A stretch of DNA of 64,000 nt from IMG/VR virus record IMGVR_UViG_3300042887_002597, positions 46,234 to 110,233 of that record. One strand, written 5' to 3'. Positions within the stretch are counted from its first letter, which is position 1, and each line of letters starts with the position of its first letter. Source of the DNA: a virus (lineage: Duplodnaviria > Heunggongvirae > Uroviricota > Caudoviricetes). Below, in pieces: positions 9,329 to 19,596 of this stretch. The notes below the pieces were generated by a model. That model searched no databases. It worked only from the letters and a program-made list of their open reading frames with translations, and was not told the origin of the DNA. A program made the position numbers and the translations under genes.

Positions 9329-12300
9329 GTAAACGGTGCAATTCCGGTACTTAATGGTGGTATGGCTATACCGCTCATACGCTCAAGTTGGCGGTTAAAT
9401 CCTTCTCCCAACTCTTCTGCATATCCTTGTGCACCATTTTCGCTCAAAGCTTGCATTTGGGGGTAAAATCTACCAACATTAGTTACAATAAATTTAGTAC
9501 CGTATTGATTTGTCCAACTAATTCCCGTCCAAAACAATCTTCCAGCTAATCCAAAAATAAAAGACATGATTTTAGCATCAAGATTTATCTTAGAATCGGC
9601 TTTTGCTTTAGCATACGCTGCGACATCCTGTTCGAGTTTTTCTTTTTGCTTTGCGGCCTCTCCTTTTATGTAGGCAATCACAGGATCCAGAAGATCTTCT
9701 ATAAGCTCTACTATCTTTTTAAAGAACAATCCTATACCGTCAATTATTGGTAAAATTAAATCTGATACTTTTGACAGCTTGTATCTAAGGTAAAGAAGTC
9801 CAGGATCTCTCGTATCTTGTGGTATAAAACTTCCTAATCCAGCAGCTTTTACTCTCAGTCGTTTAAACGCTGCCTTTTCTGCTCTTATTATTGAGTACGC
9901 TAAATCGCCTTGAGCCTTTAGTTGCCCTGGTATAGCTGCAAGCTCTTGTAATGTTGGTTTGCTTCTTGCTCCATCTAATATCTCCATTAGATTTTCGAAA
10001 ACTCCAGTTGCTGCTCCTTGGATAGCAGTTCCCTTAGCTACCACTTTCTCTTCGTATATTTTTTTAATTTGAGCTACTAACCCCGTTTCTTTACATTCCT
10101 CTATGATTCGCTTAAAGAATAGAAATATCTGCTCGTACGCTTTTAAGTCTGCAACCTTAGCGTTGAACTTCTTAATATCAGCTTGCTTTTGGTCTCTTGT
10201 GATTTTGCCCCTTTCGAGTTGTAGTTCTAAAAAGGTGTTAACTAACTGTCTAACACCAGCTTCGTTTTGTGTTATGGGTGCATCAGTGTTTTGTGTCAAT
10301 CCCACAAATACACGAGGAGCATTTACAACGAGTTGATATGCCAATCGAGCCTCCTTAGCAAGCTTTCTAAACTTATTTAATTTTTCCTTCGCCTTTGCTA
10401 TATTAAACTCATTCTTCCTTTTTTTATTTCTTATTCGTTTAGCTGTTGGATTAGTGTCTAATAGTGTATTAATGTATTCATCTAAGTATTGTTGTTCTTG
10501 TACTACAGCTAATAGCTCTTCCTCTTTATCGCTAATTAATCTCTGTACTGCCGCTTCCGCCTCATCTATTTTGTTATTGATTACACGACAGCTTCTAATT
10601 AAACGCAAATACGTCATGTGCCTATCAGCCTCTCCTCTCACAATACTTGCTACGCCAACTGCACCACCTTCAACGGAATTGTAATCTTCTGTGATGCGAT
10701 CTACCTCTTGCATGAGTTGTTGATAGTACGGATCGTTGGGTTTTATTGATAGCAGCTTCTTTAGTCTAGGTATATCAACGGTTAGCATAGTTTCAACACT
10801 CTTTGTAACAAGCATAACCTTATCGCCACCTCTTCTCAGAAAAGCTGCTACTTGTGGCGGATTCAATTTATACAAGCTTTGAACTTGCTCCATTATCTGC
10901 CTTACTATAGGCGTACTATCTCCAACACTCTCAAGAAGTTGAGCTGTTGTTGTATCTGCGTTTACTAGCTTTGTATTTTTTTCAAAAGCCTGTAATGCTC
11001 GTTGCCTTGCTTCTTTTGCAGCTGCTGATATTGACTCTTCAATGTTAGACTTAATCTCACCGTACTTTTCTTTTACGTCTGCTACCGTATCTATTGCTTG
11101 CTGTATGGCTTGTTTTATTGTCGTATATATTGTAAACAGCTTTGTGAATATAGTTTGTATAGTGTCCAGTATCAGCCTATAGTGTCGTATTGCTCTGCGA
11201 ATCTTTTTTGCTTTTGCTTTTACTCGCTTTGCAGTTTCTCTAACCTTTCGACCAGCTGCTAATCTCTCCTTTCTCTTAGTCCGTCCATTTAGCTCTTTTT
11301 CTTTTGCAATTTTGCTTTGTACACGCTTAATTGTATCCGCCAATCTGTTTTTTAAGTCATCTAACTTCTTATCTAATTGAGCTCTAACGCTTATTTTCTT
11401 AGCTTCTACTTTAGCTAATAACTTCTTCTTAAGCTCCTTTAGTTTTTTGTTGTTTTCGATAATTTGAAGCATTGTATTGCCTATCACCTTTCCACCTGGA
11501 ACGTAGATCAATTCTTTCCAGTACCCAATAAACTTCTCAGGATTAATGAAGCCGTTAAGTATTTTCATAAACTCGTTTACAACAGCTCTTATTTTTTTAG
11601 ATACGTAAGTTTTAAAGTTAGCTTCTCTGGTGAAAGTGTTTTTATACTTATTCACTATGTTTTTAGAGCTACGCGCATAGTTTGTTAGTGTTTGGAAGGT
11701 TTCCTCTATCGAAGCTATATTTAAGCTCGGCTCTACTTTTAGGCTCAGCAACGATTGCAGGTCTGCAATTTCTTGAGCCATCACTTCATTGAAGTTAAAT
11801 TCTGAAAGGTTTTGTGCGTTTAGTTGCTTAAACCTATCTCCCAAAGACTTAACCTCATCTAAAGCGCTCTTTATTATCTCCTTTTTTGTACTAATAAACT
11901 TTTTAAATTCAGGTACAATACTTTGTATCTTTTCTCTTATCTCACGAAGCTGGTCATCTAGGTTTTGTATCTGTATTTGTAGGTCTTGAATCTCACTAGT
12001 TAGTTTATTGTAGGTTGTAATTGCCGATTGAATATCTTGCGATAGTGATTGTATCCTAAGTTTTCCTTGGGATATCTCTTTACCAACAAAATACACTCTA
12101 ACTGTATTGTAAAAGATTCTTTCTCTTGTCTTATTTGTAATTGAGTTTCCTGGACCTACTGGTACTGGTGTACCTGCTGCTAATGGAGAGGGCATTGTCA
12201 ATGGGATACCGTTTGGAGCGTTTAGAGACAACGAAGACATGTAATGCTTGGTAATTCCAGCAGCAAAGTCGTCTGCATTTGCATACACACCTTGCTCTAG

Positions 12301-12342
12301 GTCGTTGGCTAGTCTCTTAGTAAAAATCTCTTGGAAGTCCAT
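9283..12342 (-). CDS. coiled-coil rich tape-measure-like / internal virion protein
   Basis: 1019-aa ORF, extremely Lys/Glu/Gln-rich with long heptad-like stretches (LKELKKKLLAKVEAKK...). Size and composition are typical of tail length tape-measure proteins. Inference from composition only. Confidence 0.6.
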   Translation of the reverse strand: MDFQEIFTKRLANDLEQGVYANADDFAAGITKHYMSSLSLNAPNGIPLTMPSPLAAGTPVPVGPGNSITNKTRERIFYNTVRVYFVGKEISQGKLRIQSLSQDIQSAITTYNKLTSEIQDLQIQIQNLDDQLREIREKIQSIVPEFKKFISTKKEIIKSALDEVKSLGDRFKQLNAQNLSEFNFNEVMAQEIADLQSLLSLKVEPSLNIASIEETFQTLTNYARSSKNIVNKYKNTFTREANFKTYVSKKIRAVVNEFMKILNGFINPEKFIGYWKELIYVPGGKVIGNTMLQIIENNKKLKELKKKLLAKVEAKKISVRAQLDKKLDDLKNRLADTIKRVQSKIAKEKELNGRTKRKERLAAGRKVRETAKRVKAKAKKIRRAIRHYRLILDTIQTIFTKLFTIYTTIKQAIQQAIDTVADVKEKYGEIKSNIEESISAAAKEARQRALQAFEKNTKLVNADTTTAQLLESVGDSTPIVRQIMEQVQSLYKLNPPQVAAFLRRGGDKVMLVTKSVETMLTVDIPRLKKLLSIKPNDPYYQQLMQEVDRITEDYNSVEGGAVGVASIVRGEADRHMTYLRLIRSCRVINNKIDEAEAAVQRLISDKEEELLAVVQEQQYLDEYINTLLDTNPTAKRIRNKKRKNEFNIAKAKEKLNKFRKLAKEARLAYQLVVNAPRVFVGLTQNTDAPITQNEAGVRQLVNTFLELQLERGKITRDQKQADIKKFNAKVADLKAYEQIFLFFKRIIEECKETGLVAQIKKIYEEKVVAKGTAIQGAATGVFENLMEILDGARSKPTLQELAAIPGQLKAQGDLAYSIIRAEKAAFKRLRVKAAGLGSFIPQDTRDPGLLYLRYKLSKVSDLILPIIDGIGLFFKKIVELIEDLLDPVIAYIKGEAAKQKEKLEQDVAAYAKAKADSKINLDAKIMSFIFGLAGRLFWTGISWTNQYGTKFIVTNVGRFYPQMQALSENGAQGYAEELGEGFNRQLERMSGIAIPPLSTGIAPFTWRGYLSKQDYVIGY

Positions 12343-13127
12343 TATACTATCTTATTCATGAATAGGTCCCACGCTATCCACGAGTTTGCTAATTTATCTT
12401 TTGGTATCGCTCCATTATTATTAACGTATCCAGTAAACGGTAGATTGTTTACCCAATCGACAATCTCTTGTTTGCTTGTTGGTGCTTTGCCGTTAGCTTG
12501 CTTATATATGTTGTACAATGGAGCTTTTAGTCCCATAGAAGCAGCTGCAATAAAGTCAGGGCTGTATGTTGCTGATTGTCCTACATAGGTAAATACCTCA
12601 TTTGTAGGCCCATACCAAACAAAACCGTACTTGTAGCTATTTTCGATTAACCACTCAAAGTAGGTAGAAGGGTCTTGAAATACGATGGTTTTTCCTGTGC
12701 GACGTGGATCCAATGGCTGTGTATTTGGCCAACCATAGACGTACGATAATCCAGAACTTTTAAAAAAAGGCGATGGCCAAGTTAAACTAAACTTATCAAA
12801 AGCAGCCCATGCTTTTCCAGCATTAGGATGCTTTGACATATCAAATTCACTAACACGACCCATAAAGTTGCTTATGGTTGTACGATCCTCTTCTGTAGGG
12901 TCTGGTTTTGCTATGAGACCCTTTACTTTTTCGAACTCTTCAATCTTAGATTCCTGAACTATTGCGCATGGTGCCATCTCTGTATACCAATCCCACTCAG
13001 ACACGTACCCATAGAGTAATGGCATCTCGCTACCAAAGGCTGTGACCATCTCACTATACTTTGCTGCTGCTTCAGTATCCAAGTTAACTCCCATTACCGA
13101 CGACATTGTTCCTGTTAAATTAGCCAT
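12342..13127 (-). CDS. hypothetical virion protein
   Basis: 261-aa ORF, Trp/Tyr-rich, translationally coupled to neighbours. Confidence 0.7.
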   Translation of the reverse strand: MANLTGTMSSVMGVNLDTEAAAKYSEMVTAFGSEMPLLYGYVSEWDWYTEMAPCAIVQESKIEEFEKVKGLIAKPDPTEEDRTTISNFMGRVSEFDMSKHPNAGKAWAAFDKFSLTWPSPFFKSSGLSYVYGWPNTQPLDPRRTGKTIVFQDPSTYFEWLIENSYKYGFVWYGPTNEVFTYVGQSATYSPDFIAAASMGLKAPLYNIYKQANGKAPTSKQEIVDWVNNLPFTGYVNNNGAIPKDKLANSWIAWDLFMNKIV

Positions 13128-13131
13128 ATAA

Positions 13132-14052
13132 TTAGTTTAGTGCAGGAATTGCTGGTCCTGCTGATTCGTAGTATCCTGGTTTGTTGACGTTTGGACCAGC
13201 TGGTACTGATGGTGTTGTCAGTGGGTTGCTGATACTAGCATTAACATTAACGTCAATAGAAGTTTGTGGCTTCGTAATCTCAGCGTCAGTCGGTGGTTTT
13301 GGTAAGGTATCAAAGTCGGGTTGTTCGTGTGAATATCCATCTACAAAAACTTCCGTAGAGATTAACTCTTGTAGTCTGGTCTGTAGTGCCATGAAATCCC
13401 ATTGCGTATCTTCCCTTGCTGTTGCGTAGCCAACTGGTGTTAGTGATTGTTGGTATTTTAATACCACAAGTAAATCGTCTAGCCAGTTTATTAATTTTAG
13501 TCCTAGCACCATTGGCTCGTAAGGAACATCTGGTGATGGATATGATTTTAGCTTTTTACCTTCTTTAAAGAATCTAGGGTCTCCAGGTATAATTGAGATT
13601 GGTTTAGGTGGTTGTCCTTTTGCTGGTATACCTAAGTAAACTCCAGAATCTCCAAATATAGTAACACTTTCGTCAGCATCTATGTTTACTCTTGTTGGTG
13701 ACGTAAGTGCAACACCTTGTGCACCTGCTATAATAGTCTGACTATCTTTTGAATTAACAATGACTCGTCCTGAGTTTATGAGAATGGATGGGCTTCCAGC
13801 ATCGTGATCATTTACGATAAACTTTCCGTTTGCAACTAATCCAACTGCTTTAAGCCCTGCACCTGGTTGTATTGGATCGACTGTTATACCTTGATCGTAT
13901 AAGTAATCTTTCATTGGCAACCCAAATACGCTACCAGATCCTGATGTAGCTGAGCCACTTGCATTGGATCCTGATCCGTTGTTACCAGAAGCTTCGAAGC
14001 TTCCTGCAATCAGTGTGCCTTGTTGACTTATCTCTTGTATTGATTGACTCAT
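13132..14052 (-). CDS. hypothetical virion protein with Gly/Ser-rich N-terminus
   Basis: 306-aa ORF with SGNNGSGSNASGSATSGSGS low-complexity linker. A promoter-like TAAATATACAAAA box lies just upstream at about 14063. Confidence 0.7.
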   Translation of the reverse strand: MSQSIQEISQQGTLIAGSFEASGNNGSGSNASGSATSGSGSVFGLPMKDYLYDQGITVDPIQPGAGLKAVGLVANGKFIVNDHDAGSPSILINSGRVIVNSKDSQTIIAGAQGVALTSPTRVNIDADESVTIFGDSGVYLGIPAKGQPPKPISIIPGDPRFFKEGKKLKSYPSPDVPYEPMVLGLKLINWLDDLLVVLKYQQSLTPVGYATAREDTQWDFMALQTRLQELISTEVFVDGYSHEQPDFDTLPKPPTDAEITKPQTSIDVNVNASISNPLTTPSVPAGPNVNKPGYYESAGPAIPALN

Positions 14053-14095
14053 ACTTTAACTTTAAATATACAAAATTTTTAGTTTAAATCAAACT

Positions 14096-15745
14096 CTACA
14101 CCCCTCTTCCCACCACACCAGCTGCATAAAGCGCGTTTCCTATTTCTAGAGCCTTTAAATGTCCTTCCGATCCTCTCACCTCGCCACCACCATGATTTGC
14201 TCTCACAAACCAATACACAGCATCGTCTATTGATGTAAAACTATTTTTTTCTTTTTGAATTTTGCTTCCTCCAATTCCATTTAACAAAAACTTAACAGCT
14301 ACAACAGCAGCTGTTGGCACATCGTTAAGTTGGTCTGGGTTACTTACTAGGTCTATGCCAGCAAGTTCACCATATTTTTTATATAACGCTTTGAAAGTAA
14401 CTTGATTAAAACCACGACCTCGATACAACCAACCGTCTCCTGGATTATCGTTCATAGTATTCCAGCTTGGACCTGGGTCTTGTTTATATCCGTATATTAC
14501 GTCGTAAAATTCTACGTTATCTGCTTTTAATGCTGTTAGCTGCGGTTCATCAAAGCGTTTTAATCTAGCCCCAAACAGATGTCTCAATCTCTCATTTGAT
14601 GTGTTACCATATCCATATTCGTTCTTTGGTATGAATCCACACTCTTTTCCAACAACTCCTAATATACCAATTTGCGAAAACGGATTTGTTATACCGGCTT
14701 GTTGCATTGCATTTATTAACACTCGAATATTGTCATCTTTTGTTCCTCCACTTCCTAATGATCCAATATCAAAACCACCACCTCCTCCTACAAATCCGGC
14801 AACATTTAAGTTAATTTCAAATCTAAAGTTAGGATCATATACGCCATCTACTGTAGCCTGTAGCCTTGTAGACTCAAAGTCTTCTACTCTCTGGAATGGT
14901 TTTGGTCTGGTTACCTTTACGTTCCATGTATCCATTCTTTTGCTAGTTGCAACTTCCATTGGAATTATTTGTGTGCTTGTGAGATACACAACAGAGTCCG
15001 TTTCGTTGATTGAAGGTTTTATAAGATAGGACTCGTCAGTTGTTATCTTTTTACTTGCTTGCAGTATCGTTATAGGATCCCCATCTTCTGTAGTTTGTAC
15101 CTTGCTTAGGACATCTGACCCTATGTGCAGGTCGCTATATATATCCTTTACAATAATCTTATCCATCGTACTTGTGAATAAGATGGAACTACCAAACCTT
15201 CCTTCAAGAATTGTATCACCTTCTCTCAGAGAGGTTACTCCATAACTTGAGTTTTGATAATCCTCATATGGTATTTGTAGCTTATCTTGAAATCGAGTAG
15301 CTAATAAAGGCTCATTTACCAGAGCATCTAACAAATCTCTATCAATGTTAAAGGCTGTAGTCGATAAAAACGGCTCTGATCCATATGCAATATTCAGCGA
15401 CTGCTTTACAATAGTTCCGTATGCATACGTCAATCTCGTACCTACTAATACTGGGTATATCATTACTTGCTCCCCTGGTAAAGGTACTTGGTATCTTGAT
15501 CGGTTTGCTGGGAATGCGAACAAACTGACGTTCTTCTCTTCTTTTTTGTAGTCTTCTGGTATTGCTCGAAAGCGTATTGCTCCTACTCCGTACTCGGAGC
15601 TGTAGTATGGAGATGATTCGTCTAAGATTACGTCTAGTACATGCCCAAGCAATATTCTCTCAGAACCCTTCTTACGTGATGATGGATTTGGCTTTGTGTT
15701 TTTAGGCCCTAATACTTCTGATAAACCACTAAATGTACTACCCAT
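14096..15745 (-). CDS. tail-associated lysin paralog 1: conserved N-terminal module + C-terminal GH19-like lysozyme/chitinase domain
   Basis: 549 aa. N-term MGSTFSGLSE and internal REGDTILEGRFG, DGDPITI and YDPNF blocks are shared with the two upstream paralogs. C-term carries GILGVVGKECGF and YRGRGFNQVT, which I recognise as GH19 signatures; near-identical motifs occur in the 28954..29781 endolysin. Confidence 0.7.
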   Translation of the reverse strand: MGSTFSGLSEVLGPKNTKPNPSSRKKGSERILLGHVLDVILDESSPYYSSEYGVGAIRFRAIPEDYKKEEKNVSLFAFPANRSRYQVPLPGEQVMIYPVLVGTRLTYAYGTIVKQSLNIAYGSEPFLSTTAFNIDRDLLDALVNEPLLATRFQDKLQIPYEDYQNSSYGVTSLREGDTILEGRFGSSILFTSTMDKIIVKDIYSDLHIGSDVLSKVQTTEDGDPITILQASKKITTDESYLIKPSINETDSVVYLTSTQIIPMEVATSKRMDTWNVKVTRPKPFQRVEDFESTRLQATVDGVYDPNFRFEINLNVAGFVGGGGGFDIGSLGSGGTKDDNIRVLINAMQQAGITNPFSQIGILGVVGKECGFIPKNEYGYGNTSNERLRHLFGARLKRFDEPQLTALKADNVEFYDVIYGYKQDPGPSWNTMNDNPGDGWLYRGRGFNQVTFKALYKKYGELAGIDLVSNPDQLNDVPTAAVVAVKFLLNGIGGSKIQKEKNSFTSIDDAVYWFVRANHGGGEVRGSEGHLKALEIGNALYAAGVVGRGV

Positions 15746-15747
15746 TA

Positions 15748-17370
15748 CTATGCTCTTGGTGCTCTAAATATCACACAATTCCAGTTATTTGAACTTTGGC
15801 TTCTATAAACAAAAGAGCTACCATTGTAATTATACTTATTGTCTGTTGTCCAATTTCCTTTTCCTGTCAAAGCTCCTATGTACATTTGAGCATGTCCATA
15901 CTGTACGTGAGATGCTCCTGGGTTGCCATCTGACGCCCAGTAGGTTATTGCATCTCCTACATTCCATGGTACGTGATTATTGTTACTATCTAATGGACCT
16001 TTTTCACAAATAGCTATCATAGTAGCTTTTGGTATATTATTAACTTGGAACTTCGTATAGCCTATCTGCACCATATGGTTATGGAATCCAGATCCATTCG
16101 CATTTCCTCCAGCTGCGACATTCATTCCTGGTATCGCTGCTTGACCTTTGACTAATAAACTATAATTGTTTGCGTGGTTAAATGTTCCGCGAGCGCATTT
16201 ATGCTTCGTTTCACCTTGTGCAAAGGACGCTTCTAAAGCTTGCTTTACTAACTGTTCCTGTCTTGTTGATGCTGGTCCTGTTAGTGGTACTGGCTGACTA
16301 GCTCCTCCTTCAAAAACTTTATCGTTTGTTGGATCGTCATCAAAAGCTTCTCCAGGAAATACGACGTCAGCTGTCACAGATACTCTAAAGTCTGGGTCGT
16401 ATTCACCTTCAATGAAAGATTGTAATCGTGCTGCTTGGTCAATGTATGCTAATAACTTGTTGCCCTCTCTAGTAGTTCTCTGAATTTCAACTGCCCAAGT
16501 TGACATTTTTTTACTAGTGCCTATGATAAGTGGAATGTTTTGTGTTGTATTGAGATAGATTGTACTTTGATCCACATTAGGATCCTCGTCTACCAATTGT
16601 GGTATTCCATCATTAAATTGCGTTGTCTCAGGTTCTAATGGCTTTGAATTTTTTAGAATTAAGAAAGGATCCCCATCAGCACTATTATCTATTCTAGTCA
16701 TTTGACTATCGCTCCACACACCTTCCTTTTGTATCGTACTTGTAAACCTTATGCTATTTCCAAAGCGTCCTTCAACAATCATATCTCCTTCTCTCATTGT
16801 TGAGATAGTTCTACCCTCTTTGATAAAGGTAAATGGCTTATGCTCAAGTCTTAGTTGAAATCTAGCGTTTGCAACTTCCTGTGTTATTGTGTTGAGTAAT
16901 CCGCTCACAAAACCTTCTGGTTTAGATATACGGTCTATTTTTGTAAGTGCTTTAGGGTCTGCTGCATACCTCGGTATGTTAGCTCCTGTTACTACATTTG
17001 TATATAGCTCAACTTTTCTTTGTGGTGCGCCAGAATTGCTTTGTGTTGACATAATTAGAACCAGCTCACCAGGTACCGGTAGTCGCATATTGCTACGATC
17101 AGCTGGATACGCTATACTGGCTACTTCGTCTTCGTACTTGTTGTCGTCTGTGGTTTGTCGCTTATATCTTATGGCTCCTATTAACTGATAGTTAACGGTT
17201 GTATTAAGCTCATCTATTAGTCCTTCCAAAGTAGCTTGCTCTACATCCTCACCTGTAACTACATTAAGTACTTGAGCTAAGAATAGAGTTTTATAGTCGG
17301 ATATGTTAGATTGCTCTAATGTTTTAATGTTATTAACAAACTCCGATAAACCTGTAAATGTACTACCCAT
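15748..17370 (-). CDS. tail-associated lysin paralog 2: conserved N-terminal module + C-terminal Cys/His (CHAP-like) peptidase domain
   Basis: 540 aa. N-term MGSTFTGLSE plus REGDMIVEGRFG, DGDPFLI and YDPDF blocks. C-term has Cys (KHKCARGT) followed by His-rich HVQYGHAQMYIG, and ends NWNCVIF. The CHAP assignment is inference. Confidence 0.6.
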   Translation of the reverse strand: MGSTFTGLSEFVNNIKTLEQSNISDYKTLFLAQVLNVVTGEDVEQATLEGLIDELNTTVNYQLIGAIRYKRQTTDDNKYEDEVASIAYPADRSNMRLPVPGELVLIMSTQSNSGAPQRKVELYTNVVTGANIPRYAADPKALTKIDRISKPEGFVSGLLNTITQEVANARFQLRLEHKPFTFIKEGRTISTMREGDMIVEGRFGNSIRFTSTIQKEGVWSDSQMTRIDNSADGDPFLILKNSKPLEPETTQFNDGIPQLVDEDPNVDQSTIYLNTTQNIPLIIGTSKKMSTWAVEIQRTTREGNKLLAYIDQAARLQSFIEGEYDPDFRVSVTADVVFPGEAFDDDPTNDKVFEGGASQPVPLTGPASTRQEQLVKQALEASFAQGETKHKCARGTFNHANNYSLLVKGQAAIPGMNVAAGGNANGSGFHNHMVQIGYTKFQVNNIPKATMIAICEKGPLDSNNNHVPWNVGDAITYWASDGNPGASHVQYGHAQMYIGALTGKGNWTTDNKYNYNGSSFVYRSQSSNNWNCVIFRAPRA

Positions 17371-17371
17371 A

Positions 17372-18976
17372 TTACCAAGACATTAAAAGTGTATAAGTGA
17401 ATGCCGGTTGTCCGCTTGCTTCTGCTTGACGCAATACCTCGGCTAATGATGTTGGTGCTGCAAAGACTTGACAGCCAGCACTGTATTGGCCAACGTTTTG
17501 TGTAACACTATTAGCACTAGCTCTGTGCAAGTTCATTCCAAATACTCCACTTGCATTTTGTGGAGTTGCATCAGGTACATCATCTCGATTACGGTCTGTA
17601 TATATGACATATGCAGTTGACTCTCTAAATGCTTTATATTGGCTATTGTGTTGACCTATCTTGTATACGCTATTATACTGACCTGGCTTTAGGATAGCTG
17701 TTCTACTCTGTCCTTCGAAGAAGTTTTCTAAGTAATACTTTCCTGGTACTGTTGTTGCCGGGAAGAACTTGACTTCTCCAGTGTTACTATTAACAACGCC
17801 AACTAAATCTGCAAACTTGTTTTTAGTTTGCACTCCCGAGTTGTTTATGTTAATGTTTGTTACGGATCGTATACCTACGAAGTGTACACCAGTTGGAAGA
17901 CTGTATCCTAGTTCTTGGAACTTTAATTTAATTTCATCAAAAGACTTAGCTTTTGCAGAGGAACCTGGTACACCTGGGTCGCTAACTCCTGTAATATTAC
18001 CCAATCCGTTTGACGCATTAGGATCGTAAGCTAAGCTTTCAAGTCCACTAACATTAACACTTGGTACAAAGTTAGGGTCATAGGTCAGTTCTGGGAAGAA
18101 TGATTGGAATCGTGCTGCAGGATCATCACTTAAACCAAACTTACCTTTTGTTATATTCACACTCCAACTACTCATAGATACACTTGCAGCTAGTTTTATT
18201 GGCACGTTTTGCGACGTAGTTAAGTAGAAGCTTGAATCTTCTACATTAATGTCGTCATCTTCTATCAGATTAGATTCCTGTATTATTTCGTTAACTTCTT
18301 TTCTCCTAACACTAGCTTTCATTATCAACATAGGATCACCATCAGCGCTCTTACCTATATTAGTTATTTGTGTTTCTGGGTTCCATACACCATCCTTTGT
18401 GATCGTATGTGTGAATTTTATTACACCTCCCATCCTACCTTCGAGAATAGAGTCTCCTTCTCTAACACGAGTAAACGATCCTGCTCTACCATTTAGGGCA
18501 TTGTCGCTAAAATCGTTTTTTAACGCAAATCGTTGCGCTTCAATTTCTGGATCGACTGTGATGGCTGGTGCACCTGACGAGTCAAAGGCGTCTTGCAAGA
18601 GTGTTGGATTGATATTGTTTCGTAGAAAGAAAGACGGTGTTACCACATCAAAATAGTAATACCTTCCTAACTTTCTAACAATTAATACTTGCTCTCCAGC
18701 AAAGGGTAGTCTGTAGTTTGCTCTGTCTAATGGCTCTGCTATTAATGTAACGTCTTTCTCCGCTTTGGTACCACTATTTGCTTTTAAGAAACGAATCATC
18801 CCTATGACATAGGGATCCTGTGTTGGGGTTATCTCACTAACTCCAATTGTGAACTTTGAAGTACTCTTTCCAACATCTAATACTTGTCCTATAAAGACCT
18901 CACCATCCTTAAAGGTGTTACTAGGTGCAGCTGCTGCGCCGTAGTACTCGGTTAGGCCTTTAAAGACACTACTCAT
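17372..18976 (-). CDS. tail-associated lysin paralog 3: conserved N-terminal module + C-terminal His/Cys LD-peptidase-like domain
   Basis: 534 aa. N-term MSSVFKGLTE plus REGDSILEGRMG, DGDPMLI and YDPNF blocks. C-terminal 130 aa (YTDRNRDD...GVFGMNLHRAS...SAGCQVF...FTYTLL) aligns by eye to the free 198-aa protein at 29787..30383. Confidence 0.65.
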   Translation of the reverse strand: MSSVFKGLTEYYGAAAAPSNTFKDGEVFIGQVLDVGKSTSKFTIGVSEITPTQDPYVIGMIRFLKANSGTKAEKDVTLIAEPLDRANYRLPFAGEQVLIVRKLGRYYYFDVVTPSFFLRNNINPTLLQDAFDSSGAPAITVDPEIEAQRFALKNDFSDNALNGRAGSFTRVREGDSILEGRMGGVIKFTHTITKDGVWNPETQITNIGKSADGDPMLIMKASVRRKEVNEIIQESNLIEDDDINVEDSSFYLTTSQNVPIKLAASVSMSSWSVNITKGKFGLSDDPAARFQSFFPELTYDPNFVPSVNVSGLESLAYDPNASNGLGNITGVSDPGVPGSSAKAKSFDEIKLKFQELGYSLPTGVHFVGIRSVTNININNSGVQTKNKFADLVGVVNSNTGEVKFFPATTVPGKYYLENFFEGQSRTAILKPGQYNSVYKIGQHNSQYKAFRESTAYVIYTDRNRDDVPDATPQNASGVFGMNLHRASANSVTQNVGQYSAGCQVFAAPTSLAEVLRQAEASGQPAFTYTLLMSW

Positions 18977-19317
18977 TTTGCTTTATCTAAGAGTTCTTGT
19001 GCTTCAGACATCAACTGAGCTCTCTCTTGTTCGGTTAAGCCTAATTCACCTTCTTTGTTTTCTTTGCTACCAGTAACCAGCAACCTTTGAATGATTGCAG
19101 TTAGACGAACTAGATTGTCGTCATTCTTGACCGACACTTCTAAATACTCCTTAATCATAGGAACCATCATAGAAGCGTCTGTAATGTTTCTTATCAACCC
19201 TTTAAGTTGATCTATTAAACCGTTAATTTGAGTTTCTTTCTTTTTTGTGTTCTGATAAACATCTCTCAACAAGTCGCTAAACGTTTTATCATCGAACAAT
19301 ACACTATCCTTATCCAT
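18973..19317 (-). CDS. hypothetical coiled-coil protein
   Basis: 114-aa ORF, overlaps the downstream gene by 4 nt. Confidence 0.6.
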   Translation of the reverse strand: MDKDSVLFDDKTFSDLLRDVYQNTKKKETQINGLIDQLKGLIRNITDASMMVPMIKEYLEVSVKNDDNLVRLTAIIQRLLVTGSKENKEGELGLTEQERAQLMSEAQELLDKAK

Positions 19318-19347
19318 AGCCTTATGTTTCTAATAAATACAGGCAGA

Positions 19348-19596
19348 TTACCTTTTCGCTATAGTGTCTGTATTTTCTACTTGCTCAAGTAGTTCCATTA
19401 GAGCTTTTATTCTAGCTCCAGCAATCCAAGAATCGACATTATTAAAATAACCTAACTCTCGCAATTGCTTTGGATCAGTGTTTTTAGGATCAAATTCAAA
19501 CGCAAGAAGGTTGGGACCACCGCCAACCTTCTCCCAAGCCTTAAGCTCTGCTTTTATAAATTTGATTAAATCTTCTTTGCTATAGTATATTAGCAT
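19348..19596 (-). CDS. hypothetical protein
   Basis: 82-aa ORF, stop/start coupled to 19596..20300. Confidence 0.55.
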   Translation of the reverse strand: MLIYYSKEDLIKFIKAELKAWEKVGGGPNLLAFEFDPKNTDPKQLRELGYFNNVDSWIAGARIKALMELLEQVENTDTIAKR

